Of a stretch of DNA of 64,000 nt, positions 28,632-39,151 are shown in pieces. Numbering within the stretch: the stretch's first letter is position 1; the number at the start of each line of letters is the position of its first letter. Source of the DNA: an uncultured archaeon (GTDB lineage Archaea; Thermoplasmatota; Penumbrarchaeia; JASLWR01). The translations under genes and the position numbers were made by a program. Location of the stretch: contig CAYSHM010000002.1 in NCBI GenBank assembly GCA_964430885.1, positions 176,111 to 240,110 of the forward strand, in the 5' to 3' direction. The notes under the pieces are model-generated. The model was not told where the DNA came from and searched no databases. It worked only from the letters and a program-made list of their open reading frames with translations.

Positions 28632-28757
28632 AAAGCAGTTTAAGTTATGGAAGCTGAAGCATCAGAGGATATAAAACAGAATTAGAATCAGTCAAAATAA
28701 TATTTGAGTAGATTAAGATTTGAGATGGATATCATAATGAGGAGAGTGTTTAGGCCA

Positions 28758-28961
28758 ATGGCAAAGCTCAAAGCGAAGGAAATCAGGGAAATGACCAAGG
28801 ATGAGCGAGTTGAGAAACTTGAAAAGCTCAGAAGCGAGCTCATGTACGAACGAGGGGTGGCAGCCATGGGTGGTGCTCCGCCTAGTCCCGGCAAACTTAG
28901 GGTGATAAGATCAGATATTGCCCGGATACTAACCATAATGAGGGAAAAAGGTGAGATCTGA
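28758..28961 (+). CDS. rpl29: 50S ribosomal protein L29
   Basis: [12 protein letters not shown]...[16 protein letters not shown]; true start is ATG 28758. Confidence 0.95.
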   Translation: MAKLKAKEIREMTKDERVEKLEKLRSELMYERGVAAMGGAPPSPGKLRVIRSDIARILTIMREKGEI

Positions 28962-29257
28962 TGGGCGATATCTGCATGACTTGTGGACTCCCAAAAGAGA
29001 TTTGTGTATGTGAGGACATAGCCAGGGAACAGCAGTTCATCAGGATATTTACGACAAGAAGGAGATATGGTAAGGTGGTGACAATAATTGAAGGGATTGA
29101 CGGAAGTGCCATAGACCTTCGGAAGTTATCCAAAGAACTCAAATCCAAATGCGCTTCAGGCGGAACGGTAAAAGACGGAAGGATTGAACTTCAGGGAAAC
29201 CATATGGAAAAGGTCAAGGAAGAATTGATCAGACAAGGTTTTTCTATTGGAGATTGA
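28961..29257 (+). CDS. sui1: Translation initiation factor SUI1/aIF1
   Basis: [36 protein letters not shown]. Confidence 0.96.
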   Translation: MGDICMTCGLPKEICVCEDIAREQQFIRIFTTRRRYGKVVTIIEGIDGSAIDLRKLSKELKSKCASGGTVKDGRIELQGNHMEKVKEELIRQGFSIGD

Positions 29258-29260
29258 TAG

Positions 29261-29575
29261 ATGAGATGTAAGAATAACCTTCTGCAGCATGAGCTGATCG
29301 GGCTAGAGGTAAAGGTGCTCGAATCAAGCTGTGTTAGTAATATAGGTTTGGAAGGAACTTTGGTGGATGAGACCAAGAACATGCTGATAATCAGGTGTCA
29401 AAATAAGCAGAAAAAAATTCCGAAAACAGCGAATGTATTTCAATTCAAAGTAGATGACGAGCTCGCCGTGATTCCAGGTGAGTTGATAAAGATGAGAAGT
29501 GAGGATAGAACAAAACGCTTGGGTCGAAAGAAAATCCTAATACAATATCAGAAATTTCAGGAAAAATATGGCTGA
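29261..29575 (+). CDS. rnp1: Ribonuclease P protein component 1 (Rpp29)
   Basis: HELIGL.V.V, G.LVDETKNML, IPK; canonical operon position. Confidence 0.93.
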   Translation: MRCKNNLLQHELIGLEVKVLESSCVSNIGLEGTLVDETKNMLIIRCQNKQKKIPKTANVFQFKVDDELAVIPGELIKMRSEDRTKRLGRKKILIQYQKFQEKYG

Positions 29576-29686
29576 ACAAGGGGAAAGAACTGAATTTTGT
29601 CAGCTGAATATTGATCGAGAATAATAACATAACATGATTAGGAAATGGGATAAATCACAGGTTTAAGGATATGAGGGTGATGATCA

Positions 29687-30145
29687 ATGGCTAAAAAGGA
29701 TGAATTAGAATCAGTTTCATCGTTGGATAAGACCAGTAAAAAGACTGCTGGCAAATCAAAGGAAAAGAAAACGGTGAAGAAGAAGAAGCGAATTACAAAA
29801 AAACCAAAAGGTATAATTCATAAAAATATTGGAATTCCAGTAAAAAATCCAAAGAAGTCCTGTGATGATGGGAATTGTCCTTTTCACGGATCCCTTTCCA
29901 TAAGAGGCCAGATCTTGGAAGGGAAGGTTGTTAAAACAAAGATGATAAAATCCGCAGTAGTTGTGAGAGAACGTCTCCATTATCTCCCCAAATATGAGAG
30001 GTACGAAAGAAGACGGTCAACACACAGCGTTCATAATCCCCCTTGTTTGGGGGTAAAGCCGGGAGACATGGTGAAATTCGCAGAATGCCGGCCTATCAGT
30101 AAAACAAAATCTTTTGTTATCATTGAGAGGAGGGAATCCAAATGA
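29687..30145 (+). CDS. rps17: 30S ribosomal protein S17 (N-terminally extended)
   Basis: [26 protein letters not shown]. Confidence 0.97.
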   Translation: MAKKDELESVSSLDKTSKKTAGKSKEKKTVKKKKRITKKPKGIIHKNIGIPVKNPKKSCDDGNCPFHGSLSIRGQILEGKVVKTKMIKSAVVVRERLHYLPKYERYERRRSTHSVHNPPCLGVKPGDMVKFAECRPISKTKSFVIIERRESK

Positions 30146-30540
30146 AGGGCATTCCCGGTAAGCAGACTCGGGGTTTGCAGACTGGATCTCGACTCAACTG
30201 CGTGGATAATACAGGTGCCAAGGAAGTTGAGATAGTGAACGTTCTGAAATACCACGGAGTTCACAGAAGATACCCCAAAGCGGGTGTGGGCGATATGGTA
30301 ATAGTATCAGTGAAAAAAGGAAAATTTGAGTTGAGGAAAAAACTGATAAATGCGGTGATAGTCCGACAGAGAAGACCCTTTAGAAGGCCGGATGGACTAA
30401 TGGTTCAGTTCGAGGATAACGCATGTGTTCTTACAAATCCCAATGGGGATACCAAAGGCACAGCTATCAAGGGCCCTGTTTCCAGAGAAGCGGCCCAGAG
30501 ATGGCCGAGGGTAGCATCTATAGCATCTATGATCAGATAA
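30142..30540 (+). CDS. rpl14: 50S ribosomal protein L14
   Basis: [23 protein letters not shown]. Confidence 0.98.
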   Translation: MKGIPGKQTRGLQTGSRLNCVDNTGAKEVEIVNVLKYHGVHRRYPKAGVGDMVIVSVKKGKFELRKKLINAVIVRQRRPFRRPDGLMVQFEDNACVLTNPNGDTKGTAIKGPVSREAAQRWPRVASIASMIR

Positions 30541-30567
30541 TCAAATCAGGCAAGTTGGTGATTAATT

Positions 30568-30942
30568 ATGGCGATTAAATCCAGAAAAAGGAGAAAACAA
30601 AGGAAGTATCAGCATAATGCTCCTTTACATATCAAGAAGAAATTCATGGCCTGCCACCTTTCCAAGGAACTTCAGGAGAAATATGATCGAAGGCGGATAC
30701 CTGTTAGAAAGGGTGATACCGTTGAGGTTATGAGGGGACAGCTGAAAGGACATAAGGGTAAGGTTTCAAAAGTATTCTTGAAAAAAGGACGTGTTGCTGT
30801 GGAGAAGGCAAATCTGAATAAAGCTGACGGAACTGCCATTCCCAAACTCATGCATCCTTCCAATTTACGATTGATAAAAATGGATACCTCGGATCCGAAA
30901 AGGAGAGCAATGCTTAGGAGAAAATCGGAGGCGGTAATTTGA
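30568..30942 (+). CDS. rpl24: 50S ribosomal protein L24 (uL24)
   Basis: RKQRK...APLH, PVRKGDTVEVMRG, HPSN. Confidence 0.97.
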   Translation: MAIKSRKRRKQRKYQHNAPLHIKKKFMACHLSKELQEKYDRRRIPVRKGDTVEVMRGQLKGHKGKVSKVFLKKGRVAVEKANLNKADGTAIPKLMHPSNLRLIKMDTSDPKRRAMLRRKSEAVI

Positions 30943-31649
30943 AGAGACACCAGAAGAGATTAACTATCCCCAGGAAGTGGACACTTCCGAAGAAGGAGTT
31001 CAAATGGGCTCCAAAATCAATTCCGGGCCCCCACAGCAAGGAAGATTCAGTACCTTTGGGAGTAGCGCTTAGGGATATGCTGAACGTAGCAGACAATGCC
31101 CGAGAGGTCAGGAAGCTGTTGGGTGAGAGGAACATACTTGTTGATGGAAAAGTTAGGACCGATTTTCGATTCCCTTTGGGATTTATGGATGTTCTGTCAA
31201 TACCCAAGATCAACGAGCACTATAGGATTCTGCTTGATAGGAGAGGAAAGATAGCACTTCGTCCCATACCCAAATCCAATTCCATCTGGAAAATGTGCAA
31301 GGTTATCAACAAGACCACGGTGAAGGACGGAAAGATACAGCTGAATCTCCATGATGGGTCCAATATTCTTTTAGAGAAGGATAAATTCAAGACCAAGGAC
31401 GTTCTGAAATTGGAAGTTCCTTCCAAGAAGGTACTTGGCCACTATCCTTTCAAGGACGGAGTGTCGGTCATGGTAATAGGCGGTAAGCATGCAGGAACCA
31501 TTACGTCTATCGACGAGTTCAATATCACCCCATCGTCCAAACCGAATATGGTGAAATTGACCGATGGTTTCTCTACCATCATGGATTATATTTTCGTGGT
31601 TGGGAAGAAGACACCTGAGATCAAGATACCTGAGGTGAGCATAGTATGA
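30939..31649 (+). CDS. rps4e: 30S ribosomal protein S4e
   Basis: HQKRL..P..W, PGPH, VDGKVRTD.RFPLGFMDV, LHDGSN. Confidence 0.97.
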   Translation: MKRHQKRLTIPRKWTLPKKEFKWAPKSIPGPHSKEDSVPLGVALRDMLNVADNAREVRKLLGERNILVDGKVRTDFRFPLGFMDVLSIPKINEHYRILLDRRGKIALRPIPKSNSIWKMCKVINKTTVKDGKIQLNLHDGSNILLEKDKFKTKDVLKLEVPSKKVLGHYPFKDGVSVMVIGGKHAGTITSIDEFNITPSSKPNMVKLTDGFSTIMDYIFVVGKKTPEIKIPEVSIV

Positions 31650-32176
31650 CAGAGAATGACCGCAATCCTATGAGAAATGTCAGCGTAGATAAAGTTGTTA
31701 TCAATGTTGGTGTTGGAGAAGGCGGAGAGAAGCTGATGAGGGGTGAGAAGATGGTGGAAACCCTCACCGGAAGGACTCCGGTAAGAACCATATCCAAGAC
31801 CACAAACAAGGATCTTGGTGTCAGAAAGTTCATGCCCATAGGGTGTAAGGTCACCTTGAGGAAGGACGAGGCCAAGGACTTTTTAAAGAGAGCCTTCTGG
31901 GTCAAGGAGAACCGCATTGCAAATTATTCATTTGACCGATTCGGGAATTTCTCATTCGGTCTTCCGGACTATACCGATTTTGAGAATATGAAGTATGATC
32001 CTGATATTGGAATATTTGGTCTAGACATATGCGTATCCATGAAAAGACCAGGGTATAGAATATCAAGAAGAAAGGTTAACAAGAGAAAGATACCAACACG
32101 CCATAGGATTTCCAAGGAGGAGGTTTTTGACTTTCTCCACAAGGAATTCGATGTTGAGGTAGTAATGTTTGATTGA
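31646..32176 (+). CDS. rpl5: 50S ribosomal protein L5
   Basis: NPMR...KVVINVGVGEGG, IGCKVTLR, YDPDIGIFG. Confidence 0.98.
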   Translation: MTENDRNPMRNVSVDKVVINVGVGEGGEKLMRGEKMVETLTGRTPVRTISKTTNKDLGVRKFMPIGCKVTLRKDEAKDFLKRAFWVKENRIANYSFDRFGNFSFGLPDYTDFENMKYDPDIGIFGLDICVSMKRPGYRISRRKVNKRKIPTRHRISKEEVFDFLHKEFDVEVVMFD

Positions 32177-32194
32177 TCCTAGGGTGAGAATTAT

Positions 32195-32371
32195 ATGGCG
32201 CAAAAAACGAATGAGATTAAAGGTATGAGACCTACCAAGGAATTCGGTCGAAAGAAAGGCTGCTCAAGGTGTGGCAGAAAGAGAGGCATAATCAGAAGAT
32301 ATGGTATGCACCTCTGCCGTCAGTGCTTTAGAGAGATTGCACCGGAGATAGGTTTCAAAAAATATTCCTGA
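32195..32371 (+). CDS. rps14: 30S ribosomal protein S14 (zinc-binding type, 58 aa; below the ORF-track cutoff)
   Basis: Manual translation [58 protein letters not shown]; lies between rpl5 and rps8. Confidence 0.96.
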   Translation: MAQKTNEIKGMRPTKEFGRKKGCSRCGRKRGIIRRYGMHLCRQCFREIAPEIGFKKYS

Positions 32372-32379
32372 AGGGGGGA

Positions 32380-32775
32380 ATGGAATTGCAGCACGATCCT
32401 TTAAATGATGTATTAGTACAGATTAAAAATGCAGAGCATAGAGGCAAAAAGAATTGCGAGGTAAGACCGGCTTCTAACCTAATAGGCCGAGTTCTTAAAG
32501 TGATGCTGACAAATAATTACATCAGTACCTTTGAGCGGGTGGACAATAACAGAGGAGGGTTCTACCGAGTGAATTTGAATGGCAATATAAATGATTGCGG
32601 TGTTATCAAACCAAGGTTTTCCGTTAAGGTCCGAGCATTGGAGGATTGGGAAGCCAGATACCTCCCAGGTCAGGATTTCGGTGTATTGATCATGACCACG
32701 CCTAGCGGAGTTATATCCAACGATGAAGCCAAGAAGAAAAATACCGGCGGTAGACTGCTGGCCTATGTATATTGA
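32380..32775 (+). CDS. rps8: 30S ribosomal protein S8
   Basis: DPLND...IKNAE, INDCGVIKPRF, GGRLLAYVY. Confidence 0.97.
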   Translation: MELQHDPLNDVLVQIKNAEHRGKKNCEVRPASNLIGRVLKVMLTNNYISTFERVDNNRGGFYRVNLNGNINDCGVIKPRFSVKVRALEDWEARYLPGQDFGVLIMTTPSGVISNDEAKKKNTGGRLLAYVY

Positions 32776-32792
32776 TAAAGGAGTTGGAAAAT

Positions 32793-33332
32793 ATGGTAAC
32801 TCACTATTTACTAGAGGATAAAATCGACATTCCCGATGGTGTCAACGTTAGCATCCAGGGCAATATGGTCACTGTTTCAGGCAAGAATGGATCTGTGAAC
32901 AGGGAATTCATTCACCCGAGAATTTCCATAATCATTGCCGGCAAGACAATCATAATCAGGGCTGAAAAGGTCAAGAAGAAAACACAGGCCCTATACGGAA
33001 CTTGGAGATCGCATCTAAGAAATATGATAACTGGCTTAACCGAAGGTTTCGAGTACAAGATGAAAGCGGTTTATTCACATTTCCCCATGAAAATCAGTGT
33101 GAAGGGGGATCATGTGGAGATAGATAACTTTCTGGGCGAGGCGGTACCAAGAAGAGCAAAGATCCTGGGTGATACAGTGGTAAAGATCAGCGGCCAAGAG
33201 CTCAGCGTGACGGGAATCGACAAGGAGCATGTTGGTCAGACCGCCGCGAACATTGAACAGAAAACTAAGATTAAGAGATTTGATCCCCGAGTGTTTCAGG
33301 ACGGGATCTATATTATTTCCAAGGGGAGATAG
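32793..33332 (+). CDS. rpl6: 50S ribosomal protein L6
   Basis: YSHFPM, NFLGE..PR, VGQTAANIEQ, DPRVFQDGIYI; start ATG 32793 after AAGGAG. Confidence 0.97.
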   Translation: MVTHYLLEDKIDIPDGVNVSIQGNMVTVSGKNGSVNREFIHPRISIIIAGKTIIIRAEKVKKKTQALYGTWRSHLRNMITGLTEGFEYKMKAVYSHFPMKISVKGDHVEIDNFLGEAVPRRAKILGDTVVKISGQELSVTGIDKEHVGQTAANIEQKTKIKRFDPRVFQDGIYIISKGR

Positions 33333-33334
33333 AC

Positions 33335-33853
33335 ATGGCGCCCAAGAGCAAGAAAAAGAAAAAGGAAATGGATTCAGAGGATATCCAGGACCTTGGCGAG
33401 GACGACCTAGTAGAATTTGATGTTTCGGATTCAGGATCAAAGCATGTCGCTAAGCAAAAACCTGAATTGGCACCTGAACAGAAAAGGGCAATGAGGATAC
33501 GCTCAGAGAATAGAAATGGAAGGGCAAAATTCAGGAGGCAGGAATGGTTCAGGTATAAACGGCTTGAAGAAAAATGGAGAAGACCTCGTGGTCTTCATTC
33601 AAAGATGCGGAGGAGATTAAAATACCGGCCCAAGATGGTAAGCATCGGTTTCGGTGCACCTGCAGAATCCAAATATCTTCATCCATCCGGCTTTGCAGAG
33701 GTATTGGTATACAACCTAAATGACCTTGAGGGTATTGATCCCAAAACTGAAGCAGTAAGGATAGGTAGAACTGTGGGAATGAAAAAACGTATTCAAATAG
33801 AGTCCAAGGCAAATAAACTTGGAATTCGAGTGTTGAATTCATTGGTTAATTGA
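33335..33853 (+). CDS. rpl32e: 50S ribosomal protein L32e (N-terminally extended)
   Basis: FRRQEW.RYKRL..KWRRPRG.HSK, LHPSG. Confidence 0.96.
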   Translation: MAPKSKKKKKEMDSEDIQDLGEDDLVEFDVSDSGSKHVAKQKPELAPEQKRAMRIRSENRNGRAKFRRQEWFRYKRLEEKWRRPRGLHSKMRRRLKYRPKMVSIGFGAPAESKYLHPSGFAEVLVYNLNDLEGIDPKTEAVRIGRTVGMKKRIQIESKANKLGIRVLNSLVN

Positions 33854-33872
33854 TTTCAAGGGGGATGACAGG

Positions 33873-34421
33873 ATGAACTTAAAGATGCAGAAGAGATTGG
33901 CGTCAGACATATTGAAATGCGGAGTGAATAAGGTGTGGATGGACCCCACCGCTCTTGAGGAAATATCTGAAGCTGTTACCCGATCTGATGTAAGATCACT
34001 TATCAATTCAAAATTGATTCGAAAGAAGCCCAAGATAGGTATTTCTTCAGGCAGAAAGAAATACCGCATGGCGCAGAAAAAGAAGGGAAGAAGAAAGGGT
34101 CAAGGCAGGAGAAAGGGCAGAAAAGGAGCTCGTACCCCGAAGAAGGAGAAATGGATGAAAAAAATCAGGGCCCTAAGGAGTGAATTGAGACAACTAAAGG
34201 AGAATGGGAAGATCGAGAGGTCGGTCTATCGCAGGTACTACAGACAGGCCAAGGGAGGGCAGTTCCATTCCAGAGCTCACCTTCTTTCACACATGGAGAC
34301 CGATGGAGTTCTTCTAATGAAGGAGAAGAAGGCAAAACTCACCGTTAAGAAGACAGTGAAAAAGATCAAGAAAAGGAGAATTATTAGGAGGGAGACGAAA
34401 GATGGCAAGGAACGTAACTAG
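33873..34421 (+). CDS. rpl19e: 50S ribosomal protein L19e
   Basis: QKRLAS.ILKCG..KVW.DP, W..KIRALR, YRQAKGG. Confidence 0.97.
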   Translation: MNLKMQKRLASDILKCGVNKVWMDPTALEEISEAVTRSDVRSLINSKLIRKKPKIGISSGRKKYRMAQKKKGRRKGQGRRKGRKGARTPKKEKWMKKIRALRSELRQLKENGKIERSVYRRYYRQAKGGQFHSRAHLLSHMETDGVLLMKEKKAKLTVKKTVKKIKKRRIIRRETKDGKERN

Positions 34422-34905
34422 TCGAGTCCCATTTAGAAGGCGCCGGGAAGGCAAGACCAATTACAAGAAGCGTCTTGCACTTTTAAAATCTGGAAAACCC
34501 CGTGTAGTTGTTCGAAAGACCAATTCAAAAATGATAATTCAGATAATCGAATACCATCCTGATGGTGATACGATTCCAGTAGCTGCAGTATCAACCAAAC
34601 TGAAAAAATATGGGTGGAATCATTCTGTGAAGAATATTCCGGCTTCGTATTTGACTGGATTATTGGCAGGTAAGCAGGCAGTGGATAATGGTATTGATGA
34701 AGCAGTTCTTGACATAGGTATCCGAGTGCCAGTCAAGGGAGGTAATATATTTGCCGCCCTGAAAGGTCTAATAGATTCAGGAGTAGATGTGCCTCACGGT
34801 GAAGGGATTTTTCCCTCCGAGGACATTTTAAAGGGTAAGGGAGCCGGAATTGATCTCTCTTCAGACCTGGAAAAGGTCAAGGGTAAAATACTAGGTAACG
34901 GGTGA
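34402..34905 (+). CDS. rpl18: 50S ribosomal protein L18
   Basis: [35 protein letters not shown]. Confidence 0.97.
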   Translation: MARNVTSRVPFRRRREGKTNYKKRLALLKSGKPRVVVRKTNSKMIIQIIEYHPDGDTIPVAAVSTKLKKYGWNHSVKNIPASYLTGLLAGKQAVDNGIDEAVLDIGIRVPVKGGNIFAALKGLIDSGVDVPHGEGIFPSEDILKGKGAGIDLSSDLEKVKGKILGNG

Positions 34906-35816
34906 TGTTCATGGATAAACATAAACAGAAGCTTGATGAGAAAGAACGACGGGAAGAGCAAAATAAGCTCAAGAATATCAAGAAATTAGGGGGAAAGGCG
35001 GTGGAAACTGGTGATGGCCCCGTTGTTCCAAGTGAAGAAACTGAACAAACTAAAGAAGTCGGAAAAGAATCTTCAAAAGAAAAAGAACCCGAGAAGAAAG
35101 GTAATGACTACCGTGGCCCTCGCGTACCCAAAACCCCTGAAGAGAGAAAGAAACAGCGCTCCCAGGAGCGCTATGATATGTGGGTTCCCAAAACCCGATT
35201 GGGAAAAATGGTCAGAAACAAGGAATTAACTCATATAGACCAGGTTCTTGCTTCTGGTTTACCCATAAGAGAACCCGAGATCGTGGACGTACTACTTCCG
35301 GATATGGAGGATGAGGTTCTGGATGTGAATATGGTCCAGAGAATGACCGATTCCGGAAGAAGGGTGAATTTCACAATCGCTGCAGCAGTTGGAAACGGCA
35401 ATGGATATGTAGGTCTGGGAAGGTCTAGAGGTAAAGAAGTTGGTCCAGCAATAAGAAAATGCATTGATGTTGCTAAGATGAACATAATCAAGATCCGAAG
35501 AGGATGTGGTTCATGGGAATGCGGATGCGGAAAACCCCATACATTCCCCTTCAAGGTTGAGGGTAAATGCGGTTCGGTTCGGATCATTTTCAAACCTGCT
35601 CCCCGTGGTGTATCACTGGCAGTGGGCAATGTGGCCAAACATCTGCTTAAGATGTCTGGAATCGAGGATGCCTGGGCGTTTGCGTCAGGTCAGACCAGGA
35701 CAACTATCAATTTCGCCTACGCAGTTTTCGACGCATTGAAGAAAACAGGTTCTGCAAGGGTTTCATCCGAGCAGGAGAAACGCTTGAATATAGTAACAGG
35801 GATGGTGAAGGAATAA
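34902..35816 (+). CDS. rps5: 30S ribosomal protein S5 (long N-terminal extension)
   Basis: [31 protein letters not shown]. Confidence 0.97.
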   Translation: MMFMDKHKQKLDEKERREEQNKLKNIKKLGGKAVETGDGPVVPSEETEQTKEVGKESSKEKEPEKKGNDYRGPRVPKTPEERKKQRSQERYDMWVPKTRLGKMVRNKELTHIDQVLASGLPIREPEIVDVLLPDMEDEVLDVNMVQRMTDSGRRVNFTIAAAVGNGNGYVGLGRSRGKEVGPAIRKCIDVAKMNIIKIRRGCGSWECGCGKPHTFPFKVEGKCGSVRIIFKPAPRGVSLAVGNVAKHLLKMSGIEDAWAFASGQTRTTINFAYAVFDALKKTGSARVSSEQEKRLNIVTGMVKE

Positions 35817-36280
35817 TGCTGTTGGCCGCAATAAAGGTCCGGGGAAATATCAAGGTGAACCGGAAGATAAAGGATACAATGAACATGCTGCGTCTTACAA
35901 GGGTAAATCACTGTGTATTGATCCCTGATTCACCAGAATACAAAGGTATGCTTCAAAAGGCCAAGGATTACATAACTTGGGGTCCTATAGATCCGAAGAC
36001 CCTTAAGAACTTGATCATCAAGAGAGGCAAACTGTTGGGAGGCGCTCCTCTTTCCCCCTCGGTGGTCAAGAAAAACACGCCATACGAGAATATCAGTTCC
36101 TTGGTCAAAGCTATTTCAGATGAGAAATTCCTTTACAGAGATATTGAAAATATATCCCCTATATTCAGATTGGCCCCGCCAGTGAAGGGTTATGAGGGGA
36201 TCAAGAGAACCTATGTCGAAGGCGGTGCTCTGGGCAACAGGGGAAAGGATATCAATTCTCTAATAGTGAGGATGCTTTAG
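35816..36280 (+). CDS. rpl30: 50S ribosomal protein L30 (uL30)
   Basis: DTMNMLRL.RVNH, GMLQKAKDYITWG, FRLAPP..G, GGALG.RG. Confidence 0.97.
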   Translation: MLLAAIKVRGNIKVNRKIKDTMNMLRLTRVNHCVLIPDSPEYKGMLQKAKDYITWGPIDPKTLKNLIIKRGKLLGGAPLSPSVVKKNTPYENISSLVKAISDEKFLYRDIENISPIFRLAPPVKGYEGIKRTYVEGGALGNRGKDINSLIVRML

Positions 36281-36300
36281 GTTGTTTTATCTAGCATCCA

Positions 36301-36320
36301 ATTTTCTTTTTAATTTTTCA
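36301..36320 (+). terminator. Putative oligo-T terminator ending the ribosomal protein operon
   Basis: ATTTTCTTTTTAATTTTTCA about 20 nt after the rpl30 stop. Confidence 0.45.
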
Positions 36321-36472
36321 ATAATCAGAGTAATTGCTCTTCATCTGACAACATAGTTAGTTGTATATGTCTTATATGCGGAAAAATTTATATCATACCA
36401 CTCAATAATATCTTTATCTTTTTTCTTGACAGCAATATAATGATTTGTAAGTTCAATTCAGGGTGATATAAG

Positions 36473-36907
36473 ATGGGAAAAACCGAGGTAGAGGTTACAC
36501 ATCCTTTTTTAGTATATATTAGAATGGAGGATCAGTCCTTCAAACAGATGATGAACATCTGCGACAGTTTCGATGTTTGGGAAGTGGCTCGTTCAGGTGG
36601 ATTAAAGGATACGGGTGGTTCAAATGACGGCGATCTATTGACAGAAGAAACAATGAAGATGATAGTTGATGTCATGGAGGTACGGAAGAACGAGGTAGTT
36701 ATCAAGATCACTCCACAAAAACCCATGACATATACTGGCATCTATGATTGTATCCAAAAACTGCTGAATTTTGTAAAGGAAAGGCAGCCCAATGATTGTT
36801 TCCTTCAGGTGGATAGAATCGTATGGGAATTGGATTTGTTCGGTATTCCATCCACTATTAAGAAAGCCAGAAAAGAATTGAGGCAGATCGATAAATACAG
36901 GGTTTAA
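36473..36907 (+). CDS. Hypothetical protein (144 aa)
   Basis: GGGTGA SD, protein-like composition, no motif recognised. Confidence 0.65.
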   Translation: MGKTEVEVTHPFLVYIRMEDQSFKQMMNICDSFDVWEVARSGGLKDTGGSNDGDLLTEETMKMIVDVMEVRKNEVVIKITPQKPMTYTGIYDCIQKLLNFVKERQPNDCFLQVDRIVWELDLFGIPSTIKKARKELRQIDKYRV

Positions 36908-36956
36908 TTCTGGCAATGGAAATATTTTTCGGAATCCTGCCCACAATGGTCATGTA

Positions 36957-38870
36957 TTATGGATCCAAATATTTCTCCGGTACGAATATCTCGGTAGTGA
37001 TGCTTATCTCATAGCTGTTGCCGCTATCTGATTCACTAAGTACCGCGCCCTGATAATCTCCGCAGTTGTGGCAATTAACTATTATTGCCCAGAGACCTGT
37101 TCCATTTCGGGATATGTCATTTTGGTGATCAAACTCCTGGCGGAAAGTTAGGAGTCCCTGACTGCCTCTAGGATTCGATGAAGGTCCTTCCGAAGCGGTT
37201 ATGGTGCTGGTGGTCTCATCCTTTGGGTCTGCATAAAGGGATATATCCATGGAAAACTCATCAGGCTGGTTCTCCAGGGTTCTGAAACCCAGTCCGGCAC
37301 TTCTATCCGGTTCATCGAACCATGTAAGCTCAATTGTTATGGAGGCCAACAGTTCACCCTCAACCAGTTCAATAAGCTGATTCTCAGTCTCTTCGCCATT
37401 TTCACTGGCACTCCCGGAAAGAGAAAATGACGGCCCTTCGGTAAGATCATATTTTAAGGGTTCGAAGACCCATTCATCATCACTGTCTTCGACAATGGCC
37501 AGGGGGCCTATTGACCAGGATACCAGTAGAATAATCGGAATGAAGGCGAACAATCCTACAGGAGTAAACTTCGAATTGAAGAAATCCTTTTTTTCAGATG
37601 TTCTCTTTTTCTTTGGTAAAAGACTCTGTTCTTCTTCCCTTTTCTTTCTGTTAACTACCCTGTTGAAAATGAGTAACAGACCCCCACTAAGAACTGCAAC
37701 ACAGATGTATATGGCCCAGAAAAAGTTTGGTCTCCCCATATCAACAGCTATCTTGGGGTAGAGGATAGAACTGCTGAAGGCTCCAATCATCTGGCCTGAT
37801 CCTGTTGATAGAAAAATGCAGCTCATATAGATGGCCACCCTATCCTGAGGAGCTATCTTGGAGGTATAGCTTATAAAATTCGGATGGGTGAGAAATTCAC
37901 CTATGGAGAAAAGGAATATACCAAAAAGGAAGAACATCGAAATGGGAATCAGGCCTGTCAAGGTCCAGCCCGCTATGAAAATGAGCATGCCGATGCTCAT
38001 AACCTTCATTGCATTGTATTTATCAGCAAATCGGCCTAGGAATGGTCCCAGAATTATAATGGTGCCCGGATTGATAGTTGAAAGGAACGGGACTGTGAAC
38101 CAGGCGGGCATCACCTTGAACTGGGGCATATATATGGGAAGATATATGTGCATCTGTGAGAAGAGTACCCAGAACCCCGAATATATTATTAGGAGGGTAA
38201 CAAACCGGAAATCTTTAATGACGATCAGAATATTCTTGAGTGCCTTGAAAATGTCGATATTCTTATCTGGCGGCGCAGGGTCGTCGAACTTGAATATGGT
38301 TATCAATAGATTGAAGGTGATAAGAACTCCGCTGAGGATGAATACTATGGAATATAGATGCTCGGGGACCATCACTCCAATTATAAAAGGAATGATCGCC
38401 GCAGCGAAGTTAATAGACCAATAATAGATGGAATAGCCGAGGTTTCTTTGGTCCTCTCTGGTGGAGAGAGCGATGGTGGCTGATATCATTGGTTTGAATG
38501 CACCTGCACCTATGCCCAAGGATATCATTATCAGTATTATTGTCATTAGGCCTTGAAGTTGGCTCAAAACAAAGTAGGATGAACCAAGGACAATAAATGC
38601 AAAGATCAAAGTGTTCTTGAATCCGTATTTTTTCGCTAAAGCGCCGGATATCAGAGGAACAAAGTATAACAGAGGCAGAAGAAGGGTCATTATGGCTCCG
38701 GGAACGGATTCGGAAAAACCCAGATTGAATACGAGATGGTAGGATAGAACCGCCATCATACCATAATATGCCCCTCTCTCGAAGAGCTCTAAGGTATTTG
38801 CGATCCAAAATATTTTTGGAAATCCCTTGAATTTATCAAATGCGGATTTCTTCTTTCCGTCTTCCTCCAT
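36957..38870 (-). CDS. MFS transporter (POT/peptide-transporter-like) with an extra TM and C-terminal soluble domain
   Basis: ELFERGAYYG (ExxER motif), GAGAFKP, GYSIYYWSIN, SIGE; about 180-aa hydrophilic C-terminal extension. Confidence 0.85.
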   Translation of the reverse strand: MEEDGKKKSAFDKFKGFPKIFWIANTLELFERGAYYGMMAVLSYHLVFNLGFSESVPGAIMTLLLPLLYFVPLISGALAKKYGFKNTLIFAFIVLGSSYFVLSQLQGLMTIILIMISLGIGAGAFKPMISATIALSTREDQRNLGYSIYYWSINFAAAIIPFIIGVMVPEHLYSIVFILSGVLITFNLLITIFKFDDPAPPDKNIDIFKALKNILIVIKDFRFVTLLIIYSGFWVLFSQMHIYLPIYMPQFKVMPAWFTVPFLSTINPGTIIILGPFLGRFADKYNAMKVMSIGMLIFIAGWTLTGLIPISMFFLFGIFLFSIGEFLTHPNFISYTSKIAPQDRVAIYMSCIFLSTGSGQMIGAFSSSILYPKIAVDMGRPNFFWAIYICVAVLSGGLLLIFNRVVNRKKREEEQSLLPKKKRTSEKKDFFNSKFTPVGLFAFIPIILLVSWSIGPLAIVEDSDDEWVFEPLKYDLTEGPSFSLSGSASENGEETENQLIELVEGELLASITIELTWFDEPDRSAGLGFRTLENQPDEFSMDISLYADPKDETTSTITASEGPSSNPRGSQGLLTFRQEFDHQNDISRNGTGLWAIIVNCHNCGDYQGAVLSESDSGNSYEISITTEIFVPEKYLDP

Positions 38871-39151
38871 ACTCTATTGTGAATTTGGTTATATTATTAA
38901 TAAATTATCATAGTATCCGGTTAGAAATATATTGCTGTTGCCAGATGTAAATATTCCTGTGTAATATATTAGTAAGTCATTTGAATCGATTATATGATGA
39001 AGTATTATCAAAAACAGGGAGATGTCGTTTTTTCAAGGCTAAAATGGGATAGTCAGCGAAAGAACCCAAAACTTATTTATCGTAAAAAAGGCAATTATAA
39101 TACTTAATAATTTCAAATTGTTCAGGGATTTGATATGGTAATATCCGAATA

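Noticed and set aside
28615-28645. AAAAGCAGTT tandem at the rps3 stop, also seen before the rpl3 SD
   Set aside because: A-rich 10-mer, probably local slippage or chance; no structure associated.
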